NCBI GenBank assembly: GCA_964016885.1
Contig: OZ024743.1
Location: 212,970,001 to 213,034,000 of the forward strand
Source of the DNA: Eledone cirrhosa
Lineage: Eukaryota
DNA length: 64,000 bases
Direction: 5' to 3'
In this document: positions 48,153 through 60,990 of the stretch, one piece after another
Layout of the letters: each line of letters opens with the position of its first letter
Numbering within the stretch: the stretch's first letter is position 1
The notes under the pieces: generated by a model
What the model saw: only the letters and a program-made list of their open reading frames with translations
Database searches by the model: none
What the model was told of the DNA's origin: nothing
Position numbers and translations under genes: made by a program

Positions 48153-48762
48153 TCAGGTCACCAGTTGGTGCTACTGGTAACATGTATCCCAGTACAACCT
48201 GCCTCATGGTCGGGTCGTTGGCGACTAAACTGGCAACCCCACCAAGGTTTCTTGGTGAGGAGGGTGACTTTGGACATCCTGCAGGACTAAAAACAAAACC
48301 TGTCAAAGGGCAAAGGAGCTCTTAAGAGTCAATGGCCATCCAAAATCACCGGGAGAGATGACCTCTTAGCCTTTGTCAAGGCAGAATTCTAGGAGAAGGA
48401 AAACTCTGATATAACACCTGCAACCCTGATGGTATCCAATGATGTTGACTTGTTCTTCTTTTTGGTAAATATCATCTTGGTTAAGAGAGTGGGACTGGCT
48501 TTGTGCAGTGCCTTTGCTCACTATAAAAGCTTCACGGCACAGGCATTGCTTTATATCTGGAGATCTCTCTGCACTTGTCCTCACATGGTACCATGGGCCC
48601 AGCACTATGTGTCAATAATTGTCACAAGTGTAGTGTTTGTACCAGAGTTTTCAAGTCGCTGGCTGGACTAAAAAGTCACACTCGTTCAGCGCTTCGGTAG
48701 GGGTTCTCCTACATGGATATAAAGTAGTGGCCGTACTCGAAAACGAGTTGGCAGCCACCATG
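48153..48762 (+). mobile_element. Bipartite non-autonomous RTE derivative, copy 2
   Basis: 5' part homologous to the 5' UTR of the RTE at 48937. 3' end GCAGCCACCATGTATG resembles that RTE's end GCAGCCATCATGTATG. Confidence 0.8.
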
Positions 48763-48936
48763 TATGTATGTATGTATGTATGTATGCATGTATGCATGTA
48801 TGCATGCATGTATGCATGCATGTATGTATGTATGCATATATGCATGCATGTAAGTATGTATGTATGTATGTATGTATGTATGTATGTATGTATGTATGTA
48901 TGTATGTATGTATGTATGTATGTATGTATGCCTGTG

Positions 48937-51900
48937 TCAGGTCAGGTTGCTCTCGAGTGCTACTGGTAACATGTAACCCAGTACAACCTGTCTCATGGTC
49001 GGGTCGTCGTCGACTAAACCGGCAACACCACTAAGCTTGCTTGGTGAGGAGGGTGATATTTGGACACTGCAGGATGAACTACAAGACCCGGCAAAGAGCG
49101 GAGGAACTCGGCAGAGTCAACGGCCATTCAAATTGTACTTTTTTTTTACCTGGGAGTGAAGGGCTCCCTGTTGTTGTCACAACACCTTTCTAGGAGAGGG
49201 AAACTCTGAAAAAAACCCTGCGGCTTTGGAAGCATCCGATGATGTTGACCAGTTCTCCTTTTCGGGTAGTGTTTTCGATGCTCAGAGAGTGGGATTGGTC
49301 GCGTGCAAAGCCTTTCCCCACTTAAAAAACCTTCAAAGCACAGGAATCGCTTGTTCAGGATCTGTTACAGGTTCGTGTGGCTGGCCGTAGTCTAAAAGTG
49401 CACCAAACTCTATGATGACAGATGATAACCTTGAAGTCAATGGCAGTAAGGGCTCTGGAACTTATTGTGAAGGGGTCTGGCCTGGAAGGTGTCCCATGGC
49501 ACCGTAGCGTGGACCCGGTCGTCATCCTACAACTGCAAGGAGGTTCAAACCTCTGAATATTGGATGTTGGAATGTAAGAACTTTAATGGATTCCCAGTCC
49601 AGTAAAACTCGCCCTGAAAGAAGATCTGCTTTGGTGTCGAGGGAACTCGATCGCTATAGCATGGACATCGTTGCTCTTTCAGAAACAAGCTTGGCAGGTG
49701 AGGGTCAATTCATAGAACAGAAGGGAGGAAATACCTTTTATTGGAGTGGTGGAGCAGAGGGTTGTAGGAGAGAGGCAGGGGTCGCATTTGCAGTCAGGAA
49801 TGGAATCATCTCAAAGCTGGAAAATCTTCCTTGTGGATTCAATGATCGGATAATGTTCATTCAAAACCGCTTTGTGACACTGGTCAGTGTGTATGTTCCT
49901 ACTATGTGTGCTAGTAATGATGAAAAACTAAGTTTCTACATGTCTTTGAGAGACGTCATCCATGGTATACCTTATGCAGACAAGATTGTCATCCTTGGTG
50001 ATTTTAATGCACGTGTTGGTAATGACTGAGAAGCTTGGAGTGTGATGGGCAGGCATAGAGCAGGTAAGTGCAATAACAATGGACTACCTATGTTGCAGAT
50101 GTGCGCTGAGATGGATCTTGTTGTTGGGAACACGCTCTTTCAGCAGAAAGACAAATATAAGACAACTTGGATGCATCCTGGTTCCAAGAAGTGGCACCTT
50201 ATTGACTACGTTTTAACGAGAAAATGTGATATCAGGGATATCACGTTGGTTCGTGTATTGCGAGGCGTGGAATGTTGGACTGATCATCGTCTGGTGCGCG
50301 CCAAGTTTAAATTTGTTGTGAAGCCCAAAGTAAGGGGGAAGAAGGTTGCACTTCCAAGACAACTAAACGTGGCTCGTCTGAAAACAGAGAAAGTCAGAGC
50401 TGAGTTGTCGAGGTCCCTTGGGTCCATGGAAAGTGAAAACACTTGGGAATCATTGAAGAAAACCGTCTATGATGTTAGTGCTGGAGTTTTGGGTCATAAC
50501 AATAGAAAGCATAAAGACTGGTTCGATGAAAATGATCCAGTGATCCAGACCTTGCTTGAAGAGAAACAAAAAGTGCTGACGTCATTGTTGTGTGAGACAC
50601 GTTCTGACGGGAGTGACCGGACCTTCAGGCAGATCAAGGCACGTGTGCAACATCGATTGAGAGCCATGCAGGATACCTGGTGGAGCCAAAAGGCTGATGA
50701 AATCCAGAAGGCCTCAGATAGACATGATACAAAGCTCTTATACAGTCTGCTCAGGGAGGTGTATGGTCCGTCCGGTTCACAAATATCACCAATTCGCCCC
50801 GGGGACGGCAAGGAATTGCTCAGAGATCCGTAGGAAATCCTGATCAGGTGGCATGACCACTTTGATGAGCTTCTCAACAGACCATCAGAAATTGATGATG
50901 AGTTCACCCGGTCGATTCCATCCAGACCTACAAAGCTGGAAATGGCTGATCCTCCTTCATTTGATGAGGTGGCGAAGGCCATTGTTAAATTAAACAGCGG
51001 CAAGTCACCTGAAGTTGATGGACCAAGTGCCGAGTGTGCTGGTGATAACTTCTTAAACCACCTCACTGATCTCTTTGTGAATGTTTGGAATGAAGAAGAT
51101 GTGCCACAGGATTGGAAAGATGCATTGATGGTGGTACTTTACAAAGGAAAGGGAGCCAAAGATGACTGTGGCAACTACAGGTATTTCACTGCTATCTGTG
51201 GCTGGGAAGATCTTGTGTAGGATATTGTTGGGCAGATTGATACAGCACATTGCTGTTGAGGTACTTCCTGAGTCCCAATGTGGCTTTAGGAATGGCAGAG
51301 GCACTGTTGACATGATCTTCTCGGTCAAACAACTTCAAGAGAAATGCATTGAGCAACGCATGGACTTATACCAAGCTTTTGTCGATCTGACCAAGACATT
51401 TGACACCGTAAATCGGAAGGCTTTGTGGGTTATTTTGGAGAGATTGAGCTGTCCTGAAAAGTTTGTGAACATTCTGAAACTCTTCCACGATGACATACAG
51501 GCATGGGTGAATGCTGGAGGTAAACTGTCTGATCCAATCTTGGTTGAAAATGGTGTCAAGCAGGGTGATATACCTGCACCGACTTTGTTTGCCTTGTATT
51601 TCGCGATGGTGTTCTTCATGGCCTTCAAGGATTGTCAGCACGGTATCTATCTCAGATATCGCACTTCCGGCAAGTTGTTTAACCTTAGGCGTTTCACTGC
51701 CAACACTAAGGTACTGAGTACCTTGATCAGAGAATTTTTATATGCAGATGATTGTGATCTCTCTGCACACTCCCAGAATGACAAGCAACACCTTATGGAT
51801 TCTTTTTCCAATGCGTGCAGTACTTTGGGACTGACAATCATTCTGAAGAAGACTGTCGTCATGTAACAACCTGCTCAGGATAAAGTTTTCAATGAACCCT

Positions 51901-52910
51901 CCATACACGTATGCGGTCAAAAGCTGAAGGCTGCTGACACATTTGTGTATTTGGGGAGTACTCTGAGTGTGACCTGCTCTGTGGATGCAGAAGTTGGTCT
52001 ACGTGTTAGTAAGGCAAGTGAGTCATTTGGAAGGCTCAACGACCGTCTTTGGTGCAGGCGAGGAATCACAATGAGGACCAAGGTGAGAGTGTATGCTGCA
52101 TGTGTACTGTCAGCTTTGCTGTATGCATGTGAGACATGGGTTGCCTACAAACGGCATATCCACAGACTGGAACGGTTTCACCAGCAGTGTCTCAGAAAGA
52201 TACTCGGTATCAAGTGGCAGATGCATGTGAGTGATGCTGAGGTCCTTGAGAGAAGTGAGTATCGGTGCATTGAGAGTATCATCCACCAACGTCGTTTGCG
52301 ATGGACCGGACACCTCTGCAGAATGGAGGATGATTGAATCCCAAACAACTCTTGTATGGCGAGCTTTGTGAAGGTAAGAGACCACCTCACAAGCCAAAGC
52401 TCCGATTCAAGGATTGTGTAAAAGACTCATTGAAAAAAAACTGGTTTGATGATGGCTGACTGGGAGATAGAAGCTCTTGAAAGAGAGACTTGGCGTGGAA
52501 TGGTGAATGATGGGGTCCATAATTTTGAGGACAGAGGCATAGAGCACGAGAAGATCAAACAGGATGTGCGTAAACAATGCCCTGGTGTATCTCTCGAAAC
52601 GATCGGTGTCTCCATTGAATTGAAGTGTCCTGAATGTGGAAAAATTTGCTTGAGCAAACCTGATCTCAGGAGCAACAGTCGCAACCATGTTCAAAGAGAA
52701 CCAGTGAACTATGATCTCCACGGTGTTGTGAGGGTTCACGGAAAACCTGATGCAGGACCTGAAGCCAGGGAGATTCATAGTTGTCGTCAGTGTGTGAAGG
52801 AGTGCAAGTCTCTAGCAGGCTTGAAAAGCCATATCCGAGCGTCCCACATCTGAATCTGACAAGCAATTGCAATACTCTTGGCAGAGATTGCAGCCATCAT
52901 GTATGTATGT
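48937..52910 (+). mobile_element. Full-length but disrupted RTE-BovB-like LINE with two C-terminal C2H2-like fingers
   Basis: CWNVRTL, ALSET, GDFNARVG, LIDYV, TDHRLV (APE). GVKQG..APTLF, FLYADD (RT). CPECGK and CRQCVKECKSLAGLKSH..H. (TATG) tail. Several stops and frameshifts. Confidence 0.92.
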
Positions 52911-54329
52911 AGCGACAACCCTGCCTGCCACAAGTCATGGACTTATTTGGCTCTGGCTAACAGCGCCTTCCTTGTATGGGCTCTTACCCAGAGTTACGGA
53001 TGTCTAGACCTTCGTTATCTAGAAATACTCGGTTAGCCTACAACATAATACAAAGAGGAGCTCTTTAGTCTTGACCGAAAATTTTCTTAGAGATGCTGTC
53101 TGGATAATAAAAAAAAACAACACACTGATGGTTGTGCAATCTTAAACTCGCTAACCAATCATGTCTACAAAAGAATACCGCAATGGCACCCGACGGAACT
53201 AAATCTACCGCGTGTGGAGGAAGATCCTTTAGCTTTGGTTGGCAAACCTCTTAGAGATGGCATATCGATAAATGCACCGGGGGTAGAGTATACTTAATAG
53301 TCTCTATTCTCGTATGTCTGTACAACAGGGGTTTCAAATTCAAAGACTCAAAAGGGCTATTATATCCTGAAAGGGGAAACTTGATTTCCACCAGTTATAA
53401 TGTTGACCTGCAATACAACTGATAGGCCCCTATTTATTTTTTTTTAATTTTTCACAAGAATGAATACACATATGATAGTAAGTGGAATATATGAATTTGT
53501 ACAAAATGTAAAGGGATAAATCTTATGCTTCAAATTTTCCTTAATTCCGTTTTTACTTTTGGTAAATACTCTTATTTTCGTTTTCAATTTTGATAAATTC
53601 GGTTTTTTTTTTCATTTTATTATATTTCATGGGTAAATTGCAATAAATTCAAAGTTTTATCATATTTAAAGAAATATTAGTCATGAAAATTGTTCTGTAG
53701 CTGGTCATACCGAATTGTCTTGTTACTGTCGTGGAAACCAGCACGATAGCAGCAATGAAATACAATTTGAAAAGTGAATCAAAGGAGTGAGGATTTCAGA
53801 TAACATTGCCGAGAATTTGGAACGTGACTGGAATGCCCAATGCTCGTGAATTGAATGGAGAACTATCGTGTATGGGGATTGAAAATCACTCTATGATTAG
53901 GAAATTGAAGAAATACACACAAAAATCAACTAAGAATTATAAGAAGCAACATACCCAAATCGGCTGAATAAACTAAATCCTGTACTTGAAAGAAGGGCAA
54001 GCGAGATCATGTAAGAGAAGAGGGAATGTAATGTTGAAAAAATAGATGACAACCAAGTAGAGATCGTTGAAAAATTGGGACAGAAACTAAAAGAACCAGA
54101 GACGTCAGAGTTGGTTAACTTGATCGATGAAAGGTTAAAGAAAGGACATCAGAAAAGAACAGTGTGATCGACAAGATTGCCTCTGAAAATATTGGAAACA
54201 ACAATACATTGATATTAACAGACATGCTCCGAAAATAGAAAGGACAGAAAAAAGACTAACAGGTATGGTATCTTGATGGAAAAGATAGATATCAACGAAG
54301 ATTTACGGCATTAGAAAATATGCGAGGTA

Positions 54330-54797
54330 ATCAGAAGAAGTGAGATAGGTGTAAAAGCCAAACTCGCTATCTTCAATTCGATATTTGTGCCAACCATTTC
54401 ATATGTTCATGAATCTTTGGTAATGACCGAAAGAATACGATCGCGAATACAAACGGCTGAAATGAGATTCCTCCAAAGGGTCTTTGGAGTAACGTTACTC
54501 GATAGAAAGTCACTCCAGGAAGAGCCGCTACTTCTCCGAATTGAAAAATCACAGTTCCGATACTATGGTCATGTGGTTAGAATGTCTCAGGAAATAATCG
54601 CAGGACAGATTTTACGCGCAAAACCAACCGACAGGAGGCCCAGGGGTAGACCTCAAGCAAAATGATTGGATAACATCAATGAGCTTGGCTGGTTTCGCTT
54701 GGGGATCAAGCCGGAAGAAGAAGAAGAAGAAGAAGAAGAAGAAGAAGAAGAAGAAGAAGAAGAAGAAGAAGAAGAAGAAGAAGAAGAAGAAGAAGAA
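54330..54797 (+). mobile_element. RTE-like LINE 3' fragment followed by (GAA)n
   Basis: RIQTAEMRFLQRV..YYGHVVRM..RRPRGRP. Confidence 0.8.
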
Positions 54798-54953
54798 TAT
54801 ATAAACCTATAGAGCAAATATTTATTATCAATACAAATTAGAAGTTTTAGCAAAACATTTCTGCTTCCACCCTAAGCGGGCTCATCTGAAACAAAGAGTT
54901 TCAGATGATCCCATCTAAGGTGAAACACATTCTTTGTTTAAACTTTTAATCTG

Positions 54954-55003
<50 letters not shown>

Positions 55004-55089
55004 TATGCCCTCAGTATGTAGATGTCCAATGCAACTAGGTTGACATCGAATGCATATCTACAATCAGGAGGATTGAGTCTTCTTTGGAC

Positions 55090-55530
55090 TAACGTCGTCA
55101 CGCTTGCCTCTTCCCCCCCCCCCCAACCAATCAAACAGCGGCGCGTGACTCAATATTGTTCCCTCCTCATGAACGGGTACCCTTCTTGTTGGTGAGTGCA
55201 GTCACATCGGAGTGGCCCAGTGCCTCGACCTTCACGTGTGTGAGCCATATAAATGCCGTTATGGGGTCGTTGTTCATTCTGCACCCGCTATCATGCCGCC
55301 TTTGTGCAGGCCGGTTCCTCGACTTGTCGCCCTGAACGACATCATCAGAAGGAGCCCCGATGCAACCAGCTTCTCGTCACAACTGAAGCCAGCTGGCCTC
55401 GACCATAGTGATAGTAAGCAGCCCGAGGGAATAACTCTCTTTCCATTCGAAGAAGGTAAATCTCCAATCTGCGACCAGACGTGTTCTTTGCGGCAATACC
55501 ATTGCCAGTTTATTCGCAGGACGCAGCTGA
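55090..55530 (+). mobile_element. CRE-like non-LTR element fragment (zinc knuckle/REL region)
   Basis: VCEPYKCR, ALNDIIRRS, PAGLDHSDSKQPEGITLFPF resemble RH..LNDII and EP.GL...DGKRPDG.TL.P. Confidence 0.65.
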
Positions 55531-56088
55531 CACACCACTCAGAATGGAGTGTAGTGTCTGTCGCTCTACACCATTCTCTCTTTCTTTCGTTGCTTAGTTA
55601 CCTTTTTCTCACTCTTTTCCTTCCTTTCCTTTTTTTCTTGTTGTTTCCTTATTGCCATGTGTGTATATTGTACAGTTTCTATCACATTTTATGTATATGT
55701 AGTCTGAATGATATACCTTTGTTAATAAATTGACCTACTTGTGAAATTAACCTTTAAGTAGCTTAGCATCACACATACGTACACGTATGCTGTTAACAGA
55801 ACTGGGGAGAGCAAAGTGAAATAAAATGTCTTGCTCAAGAACTAAATGCGCCGTTAGGAAACGAACTCATAACCATTCGATCGTAAACTGAATCACCAAG
55901 CCATGAGTCATCACGACATACACATACAGACATACACACACACACAAACTCAGAAACATGAGTGTATGCGTGATTGTGTGTCTGTGTGTTTTTGCGTGCG
56001 CCTGTCTTTGTGTGGTTGTGTGTGTTTGTTTACTTGTTAGTGCACACGGCCGTAAATTCTGTTTTTTTATCCAAAATATTCGATATAA

Positions 56089-56275
56089 TAATTGTTTCTA
56101 CTTTAGGCACAAGGCCAGCAATTACCCAGTGCATTACTGGTACTTTATTTTATCGACCCCGTAAGGATGAAAGGCAAAGTCAACCTCGGCGGGATTTGAA
56201 CTCAGATCGTAAAGGGATGTAACTCTATGGAGCAAAGCATGGCCTCCGACCCTCTACCGATACTGCCTATCCACC
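56089..56275 (-). mobile_element. tRNA-derived SINE, near full length
   Basis: Reverse copy of the family consensus. Confidence 0.82.
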
Positions 56276-56284
56276 AGTTATTGT

Positions 56285-56665
56285 GTACAGTGCTCAGGTG
56301 TACTACAACTCATCAAAAGTGCATGTATAGTACCTAGAATAATGTACAAATGTTAGGAAAGTGAACAGTATATGAGTCATGATATACACACAGATACATA
56401 TATGCATGTGTATGGAGGGGGAATATCAGGTGTAGTGTTAGCGAATTTCAGGAAGCATGGAAGTTTTAAAGGATGCAGTGTTCCGGCAGCTAACAACTGA
56501 TGCAGGTAGTTTGTTCCATGCTTCAGCAACTCTGAGCGTGAAAAAATGTTTTCTAAAGTCATGGGAGTTGTGCTGTTTTCTGACTGTAGGCATGCCCACG
56601 AGAGTTAGACACCGTGGAATTAAAAAAATGTGCTCAGGGTTGTTGGCAAGATGGTTAATAATTTT
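56285..56665 (-). mobile_element. CR1-like LINE 3' end
   Basis: FRKHFFTLRVAEAWNKLPASVV..TASFK, a typical CR1 ORF2 C-terminus. Confidence 0.75.
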
Positions 56666-56723
56666 AATTATATACATGTTCCTCCCTGATATGTTTTTTC
56701 CTCCACTTTCTCCCAGTCATACG

Positions 56724-56931
56724 TACGAGGGTAGGCTGAAAAGTTCACAGGTTGACTATGAAGGAGTGATGCTAGAGCTGTGAAATGTGAAATCGTGCCT
56801 GCATTAATTTAAACTCTTCTTATTAACAACTGCATTGTTTCTTTCCATGGACTATGTTACAAAATAATCCTCATTCGGACATTCATGAGAATATCTTGGT
56901 CAGTCTATGAACTTTTCAGCCGACCCTCGTA
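56724..56931. mobile_element. Tc1/mariner-type MITE
   Basis: TA-flanked imperfect TIRs TACGAGGGTAGGCTGAAAAGTTCACAG ... CTATGAACTTTTCAGCCGACCCTCGTA. Confidence 0.85.
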
Positions 56932-57629
56932 TTCTATTATTCGTGATTTACCTATAAATAGGATCATTGTTTTGGTATGTTATGAATGTATTTTAACTAA
57001 TTGTATTCAACTTGTTTAATTATTCGATAAACACACAAAACTGTTGCAAAAGCAATAACAAATTGATGTAGGAAAAGATAATCTGCATTAAGTACTGGTC
57101 AGCCATAGTTACCTCCCTTACAAATTTCTGCATGTTGGTGGATGTGATAATTTTGATTATTTTATTGAGCGGTGCACGTTTGAAAAACATAAACCCATAT
57201 GTACATACATACACGCACACAAACACACACACAAACATACATACATATGCTAGAGCCCCAAAATGTATGTATGTATGTATGTCTTTGTGTATGTATGTAT
57301 GTATGTATGTATGTATGTATATGTGTGTGTGTGTGTGTATGTATGACATAGAAATAATCGGGCTGGATACCCGATCGCACGGTTAAACCACTGGGAGTGA
57401 AGGACCCCTATTCTTTGTCAGGGCATTCTTCTAGGAGAAGGCAACTCAGGAAACTGGGATAACTCCGATATAAAACTCACTCAAATACACACTCAAATAC
57501 ACACACACACACATATATATACACACAAACACACACATGCACCTCCACGCGCACACACACTCACTCACACAAACACAAACACGCCCATGCCTACAAAACG
57601 ATTATTGTGCCAAAAGTAGAAACAATTAC

Positions 57630-57965
57630 TTTGGCAGTTCTTTTCGGACGCCATGCTTTGCAGCAAAGAGTTACGGCCCTTTATGGTCTGAGTTCAAATC
57701 CCGCCGAGGTTAACTTTGCCTTTCATCCTTACGGGGTCGATAAAATAAAGTACCAGTAATACACTGGGATAATTGCTGGCCTTGTGCCAAAAGTAGAAAC
57801 AATTATACTTTTACTGATTTGGCAGTCTCGGTAGAGCGTTTGACACCATGCTTTGCAGCACAGAGTTATGGGCCTTTACGTTCTGAGTTCAAATCCCGCC
57901 GAGGTTAACTTTGTCTTTCATCCTGGGGTAATTGCTGGCCTTGTGCCTATAGTAGAAACAATTAT
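57630..57965 (+). mobile_element. Two tandem tRNA-SINE copies
   Basis: Two consecutive family copies, the second internally deleted. Confidence 0.8.
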
Positions 57966-58370
57966 ACTTTTACACACAGACACCAAAACAAACAAACCAC
58001 CTCAAATCTCACCTTCCATATTCCGGCAATTGGAAAAATCTGTATATCGCGGTGACTGACAGTTTAGTGTGACAATGTAAATATACGAAACGTAGAAAAT
58101 AACCCTGATGATAGTCGATCACTATAGATAATACTTTATTGATCATATCACCAGAATGTAAGAGGGATCAAAATTGTAACTTATCTTCAGACACAAATTT
58201 ATAAGATACAGTTATAACAAAGGGAAATAACTCCAAGATGTAAAATTGAAAATAAGGCAATTTACCCAATTTCTTCATCTAGCATCTATTATCTATCAAT
58301 AGTGATCAACTGCTATTACAGCTATTATCTGCGTTTGGTACTTTCATCTTTTCTTCGGAGGAAATCATCA

Positions 58371-58423
58371 GGTCTTTCCTGATGATTTTCTTCGAATGAA
58401 ACAGTTCTAGTCCTGTAGAAGCC
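58371..58423 (+). ncRNA. Candidate type I hammerhead ribozyme (weak stems I and II) with an inverted partial core
   Basis: CTGATGA 58379-58385, GAAA 58398-58401, stem III ACAG/CTGT, GTA triplet ending 58417. Antisense TCATCAG at 58365-58371. Confidence 0.45.
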
Positions 58424-58442
58424 ATTTCTATATTAAATGTTG

Positions 58443-58550
<108 letters not shown>

Positions 58551-59028
58551 GTGTGTGTGTATATACATGTATATACATATATATATATATATATATACAC
58601 CCACACCCACACCCACACACACATATATATATGTATATATATATGTATATATATATATGTATATATACATGCGTGTGTGTATATATATATACATATATAT
58701 ATATATAAATATATATTTATATATCTATATCCAAAATTAAGATAATCAAAATTATGGGTGTCATGCCACAAAGACATGCGCCATATCACCCGCAAAATAA
58801 ACTCTAAGATTCTAACGAATAGGTCCGAGCATTTTATAATAACTAGAAATTGATTAACATATAAATAAACATTATATAAAATTATCTCCTGTGATTATTC
58901 ATGTTTATTTATATGTTAATCAATTTCTAGTTATTATATATTTATATATGTATATATATATGTGTATATATAGATATGTATATATAGATATGTATATATA
59001 CATGTATATATATATACATGTATATATT

Positions 59029-59061
<33 letters not shown>

Positions 59062-59198
59062 GTATATATATATATAGGTAAAGAGATATTTAATTTGTTG
59101 GTTATTCAACAAATTTATTTATAACAGATTCGAAGCACTCTACAGTTGAACTTAAAATGAACTTAAAAGGATAAGTCCTTGTTTTTGGATATGTAAAT

Positions 59199-59292
59199 AT
59201 TTAAAAACAATTTTTGTATTTTATCTGATGAGAGCGTACCAAAGTTTTAGTACCCTTGAAATATATATAATCAAATAAATATGATTTTATAA
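59199..59292 (+). ncRNA. Type I hammerhead ribozyme candidate, copy 1
   Basis: CTGATGA 59225-59231, 9-bp interrupted stem II, GAAA 59258-59261, TATATA-T-A, stem I pairing. Confidence 0.7.
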
Positions 59293-59338
59293 AGACAGTT
59301 TCCATGTATTAATATCATTGATATATATATATATATAT

Positions 59339-59454
<116 letters not shown>

Positions 59455-59513
59455 TGCCAAATCAACTTTTCAAATACAAGTCGATGTTGAACGGTATGTC
59501 AAATCTATTTATC

Positions 59514-59612
59514 TATAAAACTGTCTATATTGTATTTTGTCTGAGGAAGGCATAGCATATTGTTAATATGATATCCCTGAAATATATATAATGAAATAAA
59601 TATGGTTTTATA
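59514..59612 (+). ncRNA. Type I hammerhead ribozyme candidate, copy 2
   Basis: CTGAGGA 59541-59547, 12-bp interrupted stem II, GAAA 59579-59582, TATATA-T-A (site 59590), long stem I. Confidence 0.75.
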
Positions 59613-59725
59613 AATATAGTTTCCATTTATTTAATATTGTAAATATACTCCAAATACTTGTCGAGTGCTTTTATATCAGTTATAAATATTTACTAGTTGT
59701 AACCCAACAATTTAAATATAACTTT

Positions 59726-59849
<124 letters not shown>

Positions 59850-59983
59850 GTATATATACATATATGTATATATACATATATGTATATATACGTTATATAT
59901 CCTTATATGTATATATCCGTTGAAAATTAAAAAGTCATAGGAGTGAAGAGTGCTCTATGTAAGTACCAAAGCTAAATTTAATG

Positions 59984-60122
59984 TATAATAAACAATACAA
60001 TATAATTACCTCATTACCAGAGGTTTCCCGAATAAGACGAATACAAGAAACGTCCCCATTCGTTTCTTGTATTCGTCTTATTCGGGAAACCTCTGGTAAT
60101 GAGGTAATTATATTGTATTGTT

Positions 60123-60129
<7 letters not shown>
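59984..60129. repeat. Perfect palindrome, 69-bp arms, 8-nt spacer
   Basis: 59984-60052 is the reverse complement of 60061-60129. Confidence 0.95.
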
Positions 60130-60172
<43 letters not shown>

Positions 60173-60195
60173 GATATTAACAAATGGAAACTACA

Positions 60196-60298
60196 TTTAT
60201 AAAACCATATTTATTTCATTATACATATTTCAAGGACACCAAGTTAAATTATGGTGTGCTTTCATCAGATAAAATATAATATAGAGCAGTTTTATAAA
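60196..60298 (-). ncRNA. Type I hammerhead ribozyme candidate, copy 3
   Basis: Minus strand reads TATATTATATTTTAT-CTGATGA-AAGCACACCA..TGGTGTCCTT-GAAA-TATGTA-T-A-ATGAAATAAATATG. Confidence 0.75.
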
Positions 60299-60368
60299 TA
60301 AATATTGACATACCCTTAAAGAATGCAACTATTACTGTTGGAAGCTCCCGTGTGTATATATATATATG

Positions 60369-60448
<80 letters not shown>

Positions 60449-60564
60449 GTGAAAGAGTGAAGTTGAGTCAAACAACGCCGTACGCTAAAACTATCCACAA
60501 TACGGATTATTCACAACCTCTAACTGGATTACCTATAACGATAATTTGTTATCCCCCCCCCCCA

Positions 60565-60605
<41 letters not shown>

Positions 60606-60622
60606 GAATATATACATATATA

Positions 60623-60677
<55 letters not shown>

Positions 60678-60808
60678 ATAACAAAGGGAAATTACTCAAA
60701 GATATAAAATTGAAGAGCGAGATCGTACACGTGTTAGTGTTTGTAGGCTATAGAAGAAGTATAGTATTATATGTCGGGGTTATACGCCCGATTACATTGT
60801 AGTTAATA

Positions 60809-60990
60809 TTGGCAGTATCGGTAGAGAGTCGGACGCCATGCTTTGCAGCAAAGAGTTACGTCTCTTTATGGTCTGAGTTCAAATCCCGCCGAGGTTAACT
60901 TTGCCTTTCATCCTTACCAGGTCGATAAAATAAAGCACCAGTAATACACTGAGATAATTGCTGGCCTTGTGCCAAATGTAGAAACAATTA
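60809..60990 (+). mobile_element. tRNA-derived SINE
   Basis: Family consensus match. Confidence 0.8.

Noticed and set aside
52911-54320. Possible continuation of R4 element B or another LINE 5' region
   Set aside because: It looks retroelement-derived, but no diagnostic motif could be read, so it is left unassigned.
58105-58135. CTGATGA followed by a small hairpin (also CTGATGA at 1951)
   Set aside because: No GAAA or stem III follows, so not a hammerhead.
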